A stretch of DNA of 64,000 nt from Schmidtea polychroa (taxonomy: Eukaryota): the NCBI GenBank assembly GCA_044892525.1, contig CM097885.1:4342001-4406000 (forward strand), in the 5' to 3' direction. The position numbers were made by a program, and so were the translations under genes. The notes below the pieces were generated by a model that saw only the letters and a list, made by a program, of their open reading frames with translations, was not told the origin of the DNA and ran no database searches. Positions 15,209-29,400 of this stretch are shown in pieces. Numbering within the stretch: position 1 is the first letter of the stretch; every line of letters starts with the position of its first letter.

Positions 15209-17699
15209 GCATAGAGTATATCTTTTAGAGGTTATAGTGTTCAGTTGTTGAGGCAGTGCTCTTTCAGTACTCTGAGCTTATTTTGTATTTAAAAGACAAT
15301 TTAATAAATCTTACCGTTTACAAAATTTATCCTAAATGGACAGAAATTTATAATACAAATTTTAATAAAAATTTATTTTTAACATAAAAATGTTAAATTA
15401 TTTAAAAAACTGTAAATTTAATAAAAATATAACTATCAACTTACCACCTGCTCATAATATTTATCTTTGTTGCACATAATTTATGCGTTTTGATGAAAAC
15501 TTATGAAAGACAAGAAAATTTGAGAACTAATGACAACTCTACACACACACACTTGCATGGAATAAAACTTCTATAATATAAAAAAATCAATAAAGCTATA
15601 TTATCGAAGCACACAAACTTACGCTTGTGTTAAAATTTAATGTTGCATACTTGCCTGGATTTACCCATAGGTTGAAGCCTAAGTCCCGACTGGCAAGGGC
15701 CCCCAATTTTGTATCATTATTATAAAAACATATTAAATCTTTTGAATATGATATTTAATATAATACCTTTCTAAAGTTACTGTTGAAGATTTTTCAGAGA
15801 ACACATCTAGAGGAAAATGTTTCTAAATTAATGTTTTTTTAATTTATGAAATGTACTTCATGTTTATATCATTTATATATGAAAAAAAAATTATAAAAGC
15901 GCCTATAGTAACTATGAAAAACATTATAATCAATAACTCCGAAAATTTATTAATTATAAAATTCGATATCGGAACCCCATCTGAAGGTGATAATGATTTG
16001 GCTGCGATACCCGTACTGGATGAAAGTTTCTTCTGAATTGTTAAAACAAATTTTATTGGCGAGCTTCAACTCGTCTTATATTCTTCTTTCTCTTTATTCA
16101 AAACGTGCGTATTTTTCTATTCTGATTAATAAAACACGTGGTTTGTTTTCTTTATATCTTTTAGTACACTATAATACTATAATATTTATTTATTTAATAA
16201 TATTTATTTGTTTCTAAAATATAATTATAGTTTGTTTAGATTTATAATAATACATTAATCTTCATATTTTATATTTTTGAAATAAAAATCATGAAATGGA
16301 AATTTAAACTTGTTTTTTTCAACTTTATTTTATCTTTTAGAAAAAAAAATTTCCGGGTAAACCGGTAATTTTATTTTCAGATAGTAGTTACAATGAGGAA
16401 CATTTCGTCGAGGACCGACAGGCTGCGATGGAATCCCAAATAAGATCATTGTCAAGCCATCCAAACACCCAAAATAATATAATAAATAAAAATAAATTCA
16501 CAATGCGCGGTATGATATTTGGTTTGGATATCGTTCCATTGGTTTTTGGATTTTTTAAGGTTTTTGGATTTCAAATGTTCCTTTTAGTTCAAGTTCTTTT
16601 GGCATTTCAACATAGGTTGATTTAGGAATTTCATTTATTCATTTCTGTTCAGTAGTCAAACTGATTACAAACAAGTTGTTGTCAACAATGCAACCATAAA
16701 TGTTCTTTCGTTTACTAGATTCTCTTTCTCTGTAACACTTTGATTTGTTCGATTCTAGATAAAAAAATTTTTCCCCAACATTTTTTAATATATTAAAAAT
16801 AATAATATGTTAACAATATGTTAATCAATGTTTAATTTCGGAAAAAAACGCTATAATAAATTTTCATGCATTTTTCATTGTGTTTTGTGTTGGTATGTTT
16901 AATTATTTTTCTGTCACTTTTCGCGATTCCTATAATACATATGTTAACTTTCGAAGCATTAAAATTTTACACGCAGGTAAGTTTGTGTGTTCTTATAATA
17001 TAAATTTATTGATTTTCTTTTATATTAGACTATGTTAACTTTCGGAATTAGATGTAGACGTTAACACGAAATTTTTCATCATTATTCAAATCTTTTAACA
17101 AACTTTTAATTAAAAGAGATTTTTTAGAACCTCTTTTACCAATAATCATCATTGAATTATTTACAATTTGAATTCATATAAAATAATCCAACCAATTCAA
17201 GTAATTTTTGAAAAAACAAATAATCTTTATTAAACACTAAATTAAATTTTTTAAAAAACTTTTTTTAAAAAAATTTTTCAAACAAGGAATATTTAATCAA
17301 AAAAAATTCCTCAAATTTTTTTCCAAATTCATTAAATTGTTAATATTAGAAGCTGCTAACAAATCTTCTAAATTATTTTTTAAATTCGGTTCAAAAGTTA
17401 ACGTCATAATTCCAAGTTTTTATTTAATGAAATATTGTATAATTTCCAAACAAATTTTCAGCGTTGAATAAAATATTCCAAAAAACCATTTATTAAAATT
17501 TCGATATTTAAAATACATTTATTTAAAAATAATTCGGTTAAAAAGTTTGTTTAATTTAAAAATTTCAGTTATCTTAATAATTTTTTGAAATATTTAACTC
17601 TCAGCTGAAAACACCTCACAGTTAACATAAAAAATAAAATATAACAGTCCTCATTAGGTGAACCCAAATTAAATAAAAATCTTTAAGTTCCATTGTTAT

Positions 17700-19833
17700 C
17701 ACCACAAGAAATGGAAGTCAGACAGTGCAAACTGGTCAAAAACAATAGAACTAGCCTATTTAAAATTAAAAATGGATACTCTCGTAGGATGTGAATAATC
17801 ATCTGGTTGATCCATTAGAACGGTGGACACTGGAAGGTCTCGAATAGAAAATAAACAATTATGGACCCAGATAATCAGAAAAATGAATAACATCCTCAAT
17901 ATTAAAACAACAAAGGAATCCGAATTTCAACTATTGAGTACAAATACCTACCAAATGCAGAATAATAAATATGAATATGTACTACAAAACATTGACGACT
18001 TCCTCCCAAATCCAGAAAAGCCTATATTTAACTTACTGAATCCGGATAAAATCATAAATCAAGTAACCCAATTCATCATCGATGACATCAAAAAATACAA
18101 AAGATGCCCATCTCGTGAAAGAAATGGAAAAATAGAAAATATCATAAACCAATTCAAACTCCACCAAATGTCAATAAACGACATCCTGAATTGGTTCAAA
18201 ATCAAATCTAAAAGCGGGCTAAAGCCACAAAGAGCATACGGACCCGAAAATACAAAGCTTGCACTATGCTCATATCAAATGCAAAGATTATACTCATTAA
18301 ACTTAGGAAGAGCAATTAAAGAAATATATGAGTCAGCCAACAAAGTCCTAGATCTACCTTCAACCACAATGGACTTGGGTTTCACAAGATCTCCACTAAA
18401 ATCCATAAAATTGATCAATATTGATAATAAAAGAATAGAATGGGACTCCTACAAACACATATAACAACTGGAGACATAACATCTGATATTATGAAAAGTA
18501 AGGATTCTGACTTATTCATATGACTCGTCTTGATGGCTCCTGAGCACCACTTGATTCAAGAAAAGTTAGATCTTATTGTAGATGAAGCAAAATCCGCCCA
18601 TTTAACCTTTAATCCGGAAAAGTGCGGCTATTATAGAAACAAAACCGATAACATCATATGGGACAACAACATCTTGATAAATGGAACAAAGATAAAATAA
18701 ATAAATAAAGGAAACCTATACTTACTTGGGAGTCTCAATTGGAAACACAAAGAAGGATGTCCTGGATGAGATATTCCAAGAAGATGAGATCTCAACAGAA
18801 AATTCAGGCATATCACACCTTTTGCCACTCGAAATTTATATTCACATTACAAGACGAAGAAATATTCAAAACACAAGCAGAAAAGTTTGATGATAAAATC
18901 AGATCATTAATAAAAGAGAAGAAAGTACTCGATCTACTTCATAAAAGCTCCCTTACGGACCCAGTCATATACGCTCCAAAAGAAAAAAGGAGGCCTGGGC
19001 ATAACAAACATAGTGGACGAGCTCCTTATCCAATCAATTAACAGCTTCCTAAAATTGATCTACAGTAAACATAAGGCTATCGTCAATATCCTAACCGAAG
19101 AACTGATGGATATTGTCAAAACCAGGACATAAACCCCAATAAATAACATAGGTGATGTCGTGAAAAGGCTTGATGGAACGTACAAATACAAGCGATCGAA
19201 CTCAGCGAAGAAATCATGGTTGGATAGAACTAAAAATGCCACAATAACGCTATAGAAAAGCCATGATATCAAGATTACTTTTATAACTAGGAAAAGTGAT
19301 ATCGGATGTGTCGTCAGATACAATGCACAAGGAAAACCAGAAGAAGTATTCCCTCCTCACCTCGAAGAAACTTTACAAAAATTACACTGGATGATTCGAG
19401 AGGCTTATGAACCGAAGCCAATTGGCAAGGCTATATCCTCAGATTACCTCAATCAATGGATACATATTGGCAAATGGCAAAAAGCTTGAAAGACCACGAA
19501 TGGCGCTTCATCATTAAGTCTCGAGCAAATATGTTAGACTATGCAGATTAAGAAGTACAAAATGCAAAAACTGTGAGAACCCTCACGAATCATCAATCCA
19601 TGTTCACAGAATGTGTATAAGAGGAACAAAGATGAGACAAATAAGCATAATGAAATCCAAAAAGCGTTAGAAGCTTTGCTTAGAACTAAAAATATGAATT
19701 CTGAGATTGACAAAAAGCCAAAAAAGGCCAAAGAAATGCTAAAACCAGACATTGACGTCAGAATGACAGACAAGATTATGATTATTGATATCAAATGCCC
19801 ATTCGACAATATCACTACAATGAAGCCTCTAGA
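17700..19833 (+). pseudogene. Degenerate RLE-type (R2/NeSL-like) non-LTR retrotransposon, 5' part
   Basis: Broken-frame motifs LTFNPEKC, YTYLGV, IYAPKEK..GLG, CKNCE, KHN, LKPDI and IIDIKCPFD (RT to restriction-like endonuclease). Left boundary approximate. Confidence 0.75.
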
Positions 19834-20284
19834 CTCTAGAAAGATTTCGGAATTTGAGAGAAGAGATTGGAATTTTTATGAATGAAAATGACCAAAATGT
19901 TCCTGAATTATATGATGAGCAGTGGCTTTTGGATTTATGTTTCCTTACAGATATTACTTTGAAATTAAATGAACTGAATAGGCAGCTTCAAGGTGAAAAC
20001 AAGTTGATCACAGACTGTTATGGAAATATAAAAGCATTCATAACAAAACTGAAACTTTATGAAAGTCAATTAAAATCAAAAAATTCTGTCCACTTTCCAT
20101 TATTACATATATTTAATTGTGACAAAAAATATTTTTCTAAATATGCACAAGAAATTACCAATTTACTACAAGAATTTCAGGAGAGATTTTCCAATTTAAA
20201 GAAATATGAGAATATATTTAATATTTTCCTATGTCCATTTGACATTGTTGTGGAATCAGCTCCAACAAATTTGCAAATGGAGTT
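19834..20284 (+). pseudogene. 5'-truncated hAT (Buster/GTF2IRD2-like) transposase fragment
   Basis: LERF.NLREEI...WLLDLCFLTDITLKLNELNRQLQG...NLQME resembles the 603-aa transposase at 41239-43050; it resumes after gypsy A. Confidence 0.85.
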
Positions 20285-20853
20285 TGTAATGTATAGTTAT
20301 TTTTACTAGTATTTTAGTATTCACAATTAGGGGTTGTGATTACTAAAATATAAATTTTCACAATCTGGGAAATCCAGATTTTCAAAAAAAAAAAAAAAAA
20401 TCGATAAAAATTAAAAGATTTAAAATAATACTTCAAAACTACAAATTGAAAGTTAAAACGATAATCAAATTTGATAAGAAAAGTAATACAAGAAACAGAA
20501 TCGAGAAAAGTAGATTAAGAAACTAATTCAAGAAACAGAATTGAGAAAAGTAAATTAAGAAACTAATTCAAGAAACAGAATTGAGAAAAGCAAATTAAGA
20601 AACTAATTCAAGAAACAGAATTGAGAAAAGTAAATTAAGAAACTGATTCAAGTACGATTATTTTATTCTGGTTAATAAACTTGTGATAACAATTGAATTT
20701 TGTTGATTATTATTTTTATTATTATTTGTGATTACACAACACACACCCCGATTGTCCCAACACATTTTTTATCGGTGACTCTTTCGGGCTCATCAAATTT
20801 CTCATAACACGCATAAGATAACATTAACTTAACAACTCAACATTAATATAACA
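20285..20853 (+). repeat. 5' LTR of gypsy A, with 4 copies of a 40-bp tandem repeat
   Basis: Matches 30802-31319; tandem unit CAAGAAACAGAATTGAGAAAAGTAAATTAAGAAACTAATT. Confidence 0.92.
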
Positions 20854-21053
20854 ATTGGTGCCAGAAGAAAAAATATATACAACACACACGCATTCGACGT
20901 TTTCTTTCAATCACGAAACCTTTCAGTATAGTTATTATAGAACTATAAAGGCTAGTGACACTGTTGGCCGAACACAGTAGGCCATATCCTTCAAACAAAC
21001 CACTATTTTTTTCGCACAACAAGCAATAATAAAAAACAGCAACAAAACAATTA

Positions 21054-22229
21054 ATGGCATCAAATCAAACAAATCCAACAAATATTCGACAAACACCCAA
21101 CAACTACGATAATACTCAAACACCTGAAAGCACAAATTACTACTACAACCCAAACACCAACCCAGAAAACAAACATACCATAAATTTAATAATCAACCCA
21201 AAAACAAATATCCCCAACTATTTCACAGATGACAACGGAACACCGCAAAAATGGTTAGAATTCGCGAAACTAACCTTAACGCTATCGGGAGTCAAGTCAA
21301 CAAAATCCTTATGCTCCAACATAATAGCGGCACTACCAAGCAACAAATTAAACGAAATCGCCGATCAAATCGATGAAATATCAAAAGACGACGACCCTTT
21401 TACCAAACTGTGTAACATATTGACCAACAAAAACAAGGTCAACAGAAGGCAAATGCTAGAGTCATGCCTCAACAATACACAGTTAGGGGACAACAAGCCC
21501 ACAGATTTCCTACGACAATTAAAACAAAAACTGGAGTATCTACAACCAAACATAACAAACTCCGGTTCCAACGAATTGGTGAAAGAATTCTTCATGCGCG
21601 CTATGCCGCCGGAAATTAGACGAATCCTAGCCGCTAGCAGTAACGCTGACGTCGAAACACTCGCTGACATAGCGGATAAAATAAACGAAGAAATCTACCC
21701 CACAATCTGCAGTACCCAAAACTACAACAGAAATAAAACTAATCACAACATCCAACCAACCAACAAAAACACAGAACCAAATGAAACAACAAACCGAGTA
21801 ATAAACACTTTGATCAGCAAATTCGACGAAATAATTGTCGAAAACAGACAAATAAAAGCGGAACTAGCCGAAATAAAAGAGAAATACAACAGACAAAATT
21901 TCAACCCAAACGAAAACAGAGACCTACTCAACAGAAACAATTTCAACACAGACCAACTATCATATAATCACAACAGACAAAACTATGACCGACCACCCAA
22001 CGGAAACAACAGACAGAACTACAGCCACAGACAATCCCCAAACGGACACTACAGAAACCGGTCAAACTCACCAAACCGATACAACAATTACCGAAACAGC
22101 AGCCCAGAAAGGGATTCAAGAAATGATTTCCTAAACAAAAACCACTGCTACTTCCATAATAAATTCGGCGACAAAGCATATAAATGCATAAAACCCTGCG
22201 AATTCCACAAAACAGAGCAGGAAAACTAA
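21054..22229 (+). CDS. gag: Gag of gypsy A, 391 aa
   Basis: LGDNKPTDFLRQL, FMRAMPPEIRRILA, variant knuckle CYFHNKFGDKAYKCIKPCEF; GGAAAAC slippery-like site at the stop, with protease in the -1 frame. Confidence 0.88.
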   Translation: MASNQTNPTNIRQTPNNYDNTQTPESTNYYYNPNTNPENKHTINLIINPKTNIPNYFTDDNGTPQKWLEFAKLTLTLSGVKSTKSLCSNIIAALPSNKLNEIADQIDEISKDDDPFTKLCNILTNKNKVNRRQMLESCLNNTQLGDNKPTDFLRQLKQKLEYLQPNITNSGSNELVKEFFMRAMPPEIRRILAASSNADVETLADIADKINEEIYPTICSTQNYNRNKTNHNIQPTNKNTEPNETTNRVINTLISKFDEIIVENRQIKAELAEIKEKYNRQNFNPNENRDLLNRNNFNTDQLSYNHNRQNYDRPPNGNNRQNYSHRQSPNGHYRNRSNSPNRYNNYRNSSPERDSRNDFLNKNHCYFHNKFGDKAYKCIKPCEFHKTEQEN

Positions 22230-25033
22230 AAATGTCACCATTGATAGCACCCACATTTGGTGACAATAATAATACTTTCACGGTGCATTCAAACAATACA
22301 GATTTTCTAATCGACACAGGTTCGGTGATCTCCCTATTACCACACTACCTATACAAAAATACAAAAACTACAGAAAAGTCACTAACCGCTGCCAATGGCT
22401 CCAAAATTAAAACATTTGGCCAACATACAATAACACTCATAATAAATTCAAAAAAATACAATTGGCCATTCACAATTGCAGAAGTACAACAGTCAATAAT
22501 CGGGGCCGACTTCCTAGCAAATTACAACCTAATAGTGGACTGCCGAAACAAGAAAATAGTCGAAAACAACAAAACAGACAAAGAAACAGTCAGGAACACA
22601 ACATCAAACTTTTCGAAAGTAGACATCGGCGTGATTCAAACAAGTACACCAACTATCAAAACAATTAAAACTATTGAACACGTACCAGAAATAGCCACAC
22701 TACTGGCAAAATACGATAAACTCTGCGAACCAGTAACTTTCGATGGAAATTCAAACCACACTACTGACACGCAATACTGACAAACGGAAACCCAGTCCAC
22801 TCAAAAGTAAGACCATTGGATCCAAAAAAATAGAAATCACAAAAAATATATTTAACGAACTGTTGGAAAATAATATAGTAAAACATTCAAACTCAGAATG
22901 GTCTTCAGCACTGATGCTAAAACAAAAAGCTAACGGGGAATGGAGAGCTTGCGGCGATTACAGACTCCTGAACAAAATAACAGAGCCTGACAGCTACCCA
23001 TTACCGATAATAAAAGACATAATAAATCGAATAAACGGCGCAAAATATTTTTCAAAAATTGACCTACAAAAAGCATATCATCAGATCCCAATTAGAAAAG
23101 AGGACATAAAAAAGACAGCAATAACAACACCGATCGGCATGTTCGAATACAACCGAATGCCATTTGGTTTACGAAACGCCGCAGCAACTTTCCAACGATT
23201 CATGGATCAAACAATGAAAAACAACAAAAACACAATCGCTTATCTGGACGACATCCTAATAACAAGCCCAGACAAAGAAACACATCTAAAGGACGTGGAA
23301 AAAGTGTTCAAAACGCTGGACAATGCAAAACTAAAAATAAACACTCAAAAGTGCGAATTTATGAAAACGGAAATAAATTTCCTTGGTCACACGCTAAACG
23401 ACAAAGGAACACAACCAATAGAAAACAAAATAAACAATATAAAAAATTACAAACTGCCGACAAACACAAGAGACTTGAGGAGATTTCTAGGAATGGTAAA
23501 CTTTTATCATTCTTACATCCCAAACTGCAGTAAATTATTAGCACCACTAAACGATCTTATCAAAACAAAACGGAATGTCACAATAAACTGGACACAACAA
23601 ACAACCGACACATTCAATAAAGCCAAAGAAAGCCTATCAACGGCAACACTACTCGGTTACCCAGATCCAGAACTAGAGTACCAACTAACTACAGACTGTT
23701 CTGGTTTTGCAATGGGCGCAACAATTTTCCAGGAAAATAAATTCGGCAAACAACCACTGGGATTTTTCTCGAAAAAACTAAAATCACATCAAACAAGATA
23801 CTCAACATTCGACAGAGAACTCCTAGCAATACACGAAGCAATCAAACACTTTCAACATTTACTCGAAGGACGAACCTTCAAGATATACACGGATCACAAA
23901 CCGCTAACAAACGCAATAGAAATGAAAAACCCTTCACCAAGGCAGATTAGACAAATCAATTTCATCTCACAATTCAACTGCACAATAAACTACGTAGCAG
24001 GAAAATCAAACATAGCAGCAGATGCTCTATCCAGAATTGAAAGTGACATAAACGCCCTAGAATTCGAAGAGATAATCGAATTGGATCAAATCAAATCCAA
24101 ACAAAATGAAACAATTAACAAACTCCCCACTAAACACAGTTTGAAACTACAAGAATTCAACGGAGTATGGCACGACGTCTCCAACGAAAGCAACAAACGA
24201 ATATTACTCCCGGAGGAATTCCGCCAAAACTGTATCGAAAAGATACACAAGATTAATCACCCGGGAAACAAAGTAACATTCGAGCTAATACATAACAACT
24301 ATATATGGCCTAACATGCGGAAAGATATCAAAAACTACGTCAAGAGTTGTCACAGCTGCCAACTAAACAAAACAACAAAAAAACTCAAAACACAAAAAGT
24401 AAACTTCCCAAGCAGCGAAATATTTGAAACAATACACACAGATGTGGTAGGACCATTACCACCAAACGACAACTACAAATACCTCCTAACAATTATAGAC
24501 AGGAAATCCAACTGGTTCGAAGTAATCCCAATAAAAGAAATCAGCGCGAAAAATATCTGTGAAATGATCGAATTAAATTGAATAGCTCGTTATGGCCAAC
24601 CGAAAACAATCATAACTGATCAAGGCAGACAATTCGAATCAGAGATGTTCAAAATACTGTGCAATAAATACAATATCAAAAGAAATCGAACAACAGCTTA
24701 CAACCCACAATCAAATGGGAAAATTGAACGGTTTCACAGAACATTAAAAGAAAGCATCAGGACAAAAGCCAATGACCAAAACTGTTTAAACCAACTCCCA
24801 ACAATATTAATCGGACTAAGAAATAGCCCAAACTCAACAGATAATGAAAGTCCAGCATACAAAATTTTCGGAAAAGCAACAAACTTGCCATCACTTAAAT
24901 CAGATACAAACAAAAACACCGAAAACAGCAAACAGATAACAAACAAAAATAGCGAAACCACCGAACAGAAACCAAAAGGAATTTTAAAAAGAAGACCGGA
25001 CTCCGAATTAGACGGAAAAATAGTATTAACAAC
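22184..25033 (+). pseudogene. pol: pol of gypsy A (PR-RT-RNase H-IN), disrupted
   Basis: LIDTGS, MPFGLRNA, YLDDILI, TDCSG, DHKPL, HHCC and DVVGP/TDQGRQF/KIERFH motifs. Frameshift near 22770, TGA at 24579-24581, interrupted by element B. Confidence 0.92.
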
Positions 25034-25277
25034 TGTGAGGAAGATTTAATTATTAGCACAATATAATATTATAATAATAAATTACATCTGAATTATTACT
25101 ATTAAGAAATTAACATATACATATATTAAAGTATTATATTCGTATTATATTATGGCGTACATAATTATTATTGTTATTTAGAAATGCTTAATCGTCAATT
25201 TAATGATTTGTTTAGTCAAACCGATATTGTTATAATTTTTGAATATAATTTGAATTCGACTTTTAGTTTTATTTAAC

Positions 25278-26441
25278 ATGGCGACCCTGGCAATAGTGAA
25301 TAAGATGATTCCGGATGTTTACGACGGAAGACACGAAATCGAAACTTTCATTGAAGAATGTAAGCGATATTTTCAGTTATGTGGGTTAGATCAAGATAAC
25401 CAAAATATGATGATAAAATGCCTTATTTCAAGAGATATTTTACCGATTTATGAAGCCGTCGATGTCAAATTTATTAATTTTGAAGATAGACTCAGAGAAG
25501 CTTTCAAGAAGCCGTCAACACTGATAGGCGATTTTCTGAACTTATACAATTATGAGAAAGATAACGATGCAGCGCCAGTGTTTTTCGAAAAGATTGAGAA
25601 AATGGTCGACAAAGTATTGAAACACAAGTGGGATAAAAACGAATTAGTCGCTTATTTTTTGATACATTGTGTCAAAGACAAAGAAATCCAAAAAGAGATC
25701 AAGATGCGAGATGCTTTAAAAGTCGAAGAGATCAAGGACGTAATTCGTAAAGTTGATGCTATCAACATTGAAGTTTCTAGTATTGCAGTTATGCAAAGAA
25801 AAGAAACGTTCGCAAACGTAATAAAGAAACGACAAGGATTTGCCGATATACAAGATCGACAACGCAATTTTTCGAATGTTCAAGAAAGACGAAATTTTGA
25901 ACCAAGATTCAATTCTATTCCGCACGCTCAAAGCTTCGATTCTGGAAGGAATACTAATCAACAGTATTACCATAGAGACAACAGAGCAAGTGGAAGTCGC
26001 GTTGTTACATGTTGGAATTGTCAAGAACTAGGACATTCGAGTCGAGAATGCCCAAAAAAGAAGTGTTATGGATGTGGAAAAGAAGGACACATGATTAGAG
26101 AATGTAAAAATAACAAGATAAATTCAGAATTGAGATGCAACGCTTGTAAGGAATCTGGCCATCACCGGGGAGAATGTCCATCGATTTCATGCTCAGGATG
26201 TGGAAAACGTGGTCATTTGCGGTTTCAATGTTGGGGAACAGCAGACACACGATCATCAGGAAGAAACCAATCTAGAAATTACGAGGATAACAGACGATAT
26301 CAAGACAGATATGCCGATGGAAGAGTGGCAGCTATGGAAGACCGCGGAAACGAAGCGGAGGATTCTCAGTCTACCCGAAGTGATGGACACCCAAATGGGA
26401 GGGCTCCATCATTAGGCGAGATGATAGGAGCCATGCATTAA
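25278..26441 (+). CDS. gag: Gag of gypsy B with four CCHC zinc knuckles, 387 aa
   Basis: CWNCQELGHSSREC, CYGCGKEGHMIREC, CNACKESGHHRGEC, CSGCGKRGHLRFQC. Confidence 0.92.
   Translation: MATLAIVNKMIPDVYDGRHEIETFIEECKRYFQLCGLDQDNQNMMIKCLISRDILPIYEAVDVKFINFEDRLREAFKKPSTLIGDFLNLYNYEKDNDAAPVFFEKIEKMVDKVLKHKWDKNELVAYFLIHCVKDKEIQKEIKMRDALKVEEIKDVIRKVDAINIEVSSIAVMQRKETFANVIKKRQGFADIQDRQRNFSNVQERRNFEPRFNSIPHAQSFDSGRNTNQQYYHRDNRASGSRVVTCWNCQELGHSSRECPKKKCYGCGKEGHMIRECKNNKINSELRCNACKESGHHRGECPSISCSGCGKRGHLRFQCWGTADTRSSGRNQSRNYEDNRRYQDRYADGRVAAMEDRGNEAEDSQSTRSDGHPNGRAPSLGEMIGAMH
26390..26432 (+). promoter_or_regulatory. Putative -1 programmed ribosomal frameshift signal (gag to pol)
   Basis: Slippery heptamer C CCA AAT in the gag frame, followed by hairpin GGCTCC-ATCAT...ATGAT-A-GGAGCC; the -1 frame is open from here into pol. 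Confidence 0.75.
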
Positions 26442-26461
26442 AAGGTAATAATGATGATTGT

Positions 26462-29400
26462 GTGCGCCAAGATAAGTATAGTATATTTTTTAATAATAAT
26501 AGTAATAGTAATTTAGACAGTATGTATAATTTTAAAAGTAGTAATAATAATTTAGACAGTATATCTAAATCAAATTTAAAGGTAAAAAATATTAGATTTA
26601 AATCAGATGTAATTTTAGAAGATAGTATTAAAAACGTGAAAAGTAAATTAAAAAAATATGATGTAATAAAGGAAGATAATCAGAGTAACAGTAAGATTAT
26701 ATATGACGTACGAGATAAAACTGATATTAATGATTGTAATTGGATGCGTGATAAAATTAATGTAATTGAAAATAAATGTGATCAGAATTGTAAGAAGATA
26801 ATAAGTATTTGTGAGGCAAAATTAATAAATAGCAGTAAAAGGTTTGTTTATGACGAAACATTGGATAAACATATAAATAATATTTCTGTTTTAAATGACG
26901 ATTTAGAAATTGTATATGATAAGATGGGTGGAAGACCAAGCGTAATAGTTGGGATTAATAGGATTTATTTCAAACATTGTCTATTGGATACGGGGGCTAG
27001 AATGAATGTAATAGATAGCTCGATCATCAAAGAAATAGGTGAGATAGATATTAAACCTCACAATGAAGGAATTTGGTGTGCAAATGGCAGTCCATTGGAA
27101 ACATTTGGCAATGTTAAATTGAAGATTCAAATCGGTAACAAAGAAGAGAATGTGATTTTTGTTGTTGTTAAAAAGGTTTCACCGTCAATTATTGGTGGGA
27201 TAGATTTACTTCGTCAATTCAACATCAAGTTAATGAAAATAAACGATAGTATAACTGAAAATACGGAAATAGAAAATAATTTTAATGAAATTTGTAATAT
27301 TGAGGCAAGATTTAGCAACTCATATAATGATGAGAAAAGATTTAGTCGAGCAATAAAATTATTTGATTTAAAAAAAGGAGATAAAATGTATCAGATAATT
27401 AATGAAAATAAAGAAGTTTTTATGGCTGATAAATGGGACATTGGAAAAACAGATTTATTATGGCACGAAATCAAAACTACTGAGGGCCCAATTTACATGA
27501 ACCCTAGACGACAACCGGCTCATTTAGAAGAAAAAATTGAGGAAGCTATAAAAAATTTGGAAGAAAATGGTATTATTAGGAAATGTGATTCGAGTTGGAA
27601 TACTCCATTGGTATGTGTTTGGAAAAAAGAAAAGAATGACATCAGATTGTGTTTGGATTTTAGAAACCTAAATAAAATAACAGAAAGACAAATATTTCCA
27701 ATGCCTAATATTGAACAAATGTTAGATTCACTCAATGGATCCAAGTTTTTTAGTACTATAGATCTTGGAAGTGCATATTATCAAGTGGAGTTAACAAATA
27801 ATTCACAAGAAAAAACCGCATTTTCAACAAGGAGCGGACAGTACTGTTTTAATAGAATGCCTTTTGGAATTGCTGCGGCACCGGCTACATTTCAAAAACT
27901 AATGAATATGGTTTTAGGAAAACTTCTGTGGAATACAGCTATTGTATATTTGGATGACATATTAATATTTTCTACAAATAAAGAAGAGCATTTTAAAAGA
28001 ATAAATGAAGTATTAATGAAAATTAAGGAAGCGGGATTACGAGTAAATCCAGAAAAATGTATATTTTTAACAAATGAGACAAAATTTTTAGGCCATATAA
28101 TTAATAATGAAGGTGTGAAAGTGGATGAAAATAAAATTGAAGCAATTAAAAATTTTGTAAGACCTCAATGTTTGAAACAACTAAGAAGTTTTTTGGGGTT
28201 GTGTAATTATTATAGAAAATTTATAAAAAATTATTCAATGTTTTCACGAATATTAGAGTCTATATGTGGTACGACTAATGAAAAACTTATATGGTCAGAA
28301 AAATGTGAAGAAGCATTTGAAGAATTAAAAAATGCATTATCGAAAACACCAGTATTAATATACCCTAACTTTCAGAAAGAATTTATTTTGGACACTGATG
28401 CAAGTTTTGACACAATTGGTGCGGTTTTATCACAGTTAGACGAACAGGGACATGAGCGAGTAATTGCATATGGTTCGCATTCAATGAATAAGCATGAAAT
28501 AGGTTATTGTATAACAAGGAAGGAGTTATTGGCCATTTATTATTTTACTCAACATTTTAAACATTATTTGTATGGGAAAAAATTTAAATTAAGAACGGAC
28601 CATAAAGCAATAACATTCATGATGGCAACAAAAAAGCCAATCACGGCACAATTCCAAACTTGGATAAATTTTCTTAGCAGTTTGGATATGGATATTTCAT
28701 TTAGAAAAGGTATGGAACATACCAATGCAGATGCATTATCCCGAGATAAGTGTGGACGATGTACTCAATGTATGGAAGTTCATGAAAATCCTAAAACAGA
28801 AAAAATGAAAACAAGACTTTTAACAATGACAGCTGTTAAGCAAGGTGTGATTTGGCAAAAGGGTAATGTTGAGATAGAAAATCAAAAAGAATTAATCATG
28901 AAAAATGTAAAAACTAAATTTAAGATTGATGATGATGTTATCATGACAAAAGAAAATAAAATTTGGATTCCTAAAAACAATCGCGAAAAATTTATCAAAG
29001 AAATGCATAAAATCCTATGCCACGCAGGTTGCAAAAAAGTGATTGACTACATAAAAGTAAATTATGACATGGATGAATTACAAATGATAACTACAGAAAT
29101 TATTCAAAATTGTGAATTATGTCAAAAAAGAAAAACACTAACAACTAAAACAAAGGAAACTATACTAAAAACGGAAGTGTCGAAACCGTTTGAAACAATT
29201 GCTATAGATTTTTGTGGACCTTTGAAAACAAGTGTACATGGGAAAAAGTATATTTTAGGAATTATTGATATGTGCACTCGATATATTTCTCTTACAGCAG
29301 TTTCTAAGCAAGATGAGAAAACAACAGCGGACACAATAATGAAATTTTCGATTCTAAAATACGGTTCTCCTAGGATAATTCAAGTAGATTGTGGGAAGAC

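Noticed and set aside
16382..16430. AGTAGT-starting GC-richer patch as a Polinton TIR
   Set aside because: No partner inverted copy or 6-bp TSD found in the window
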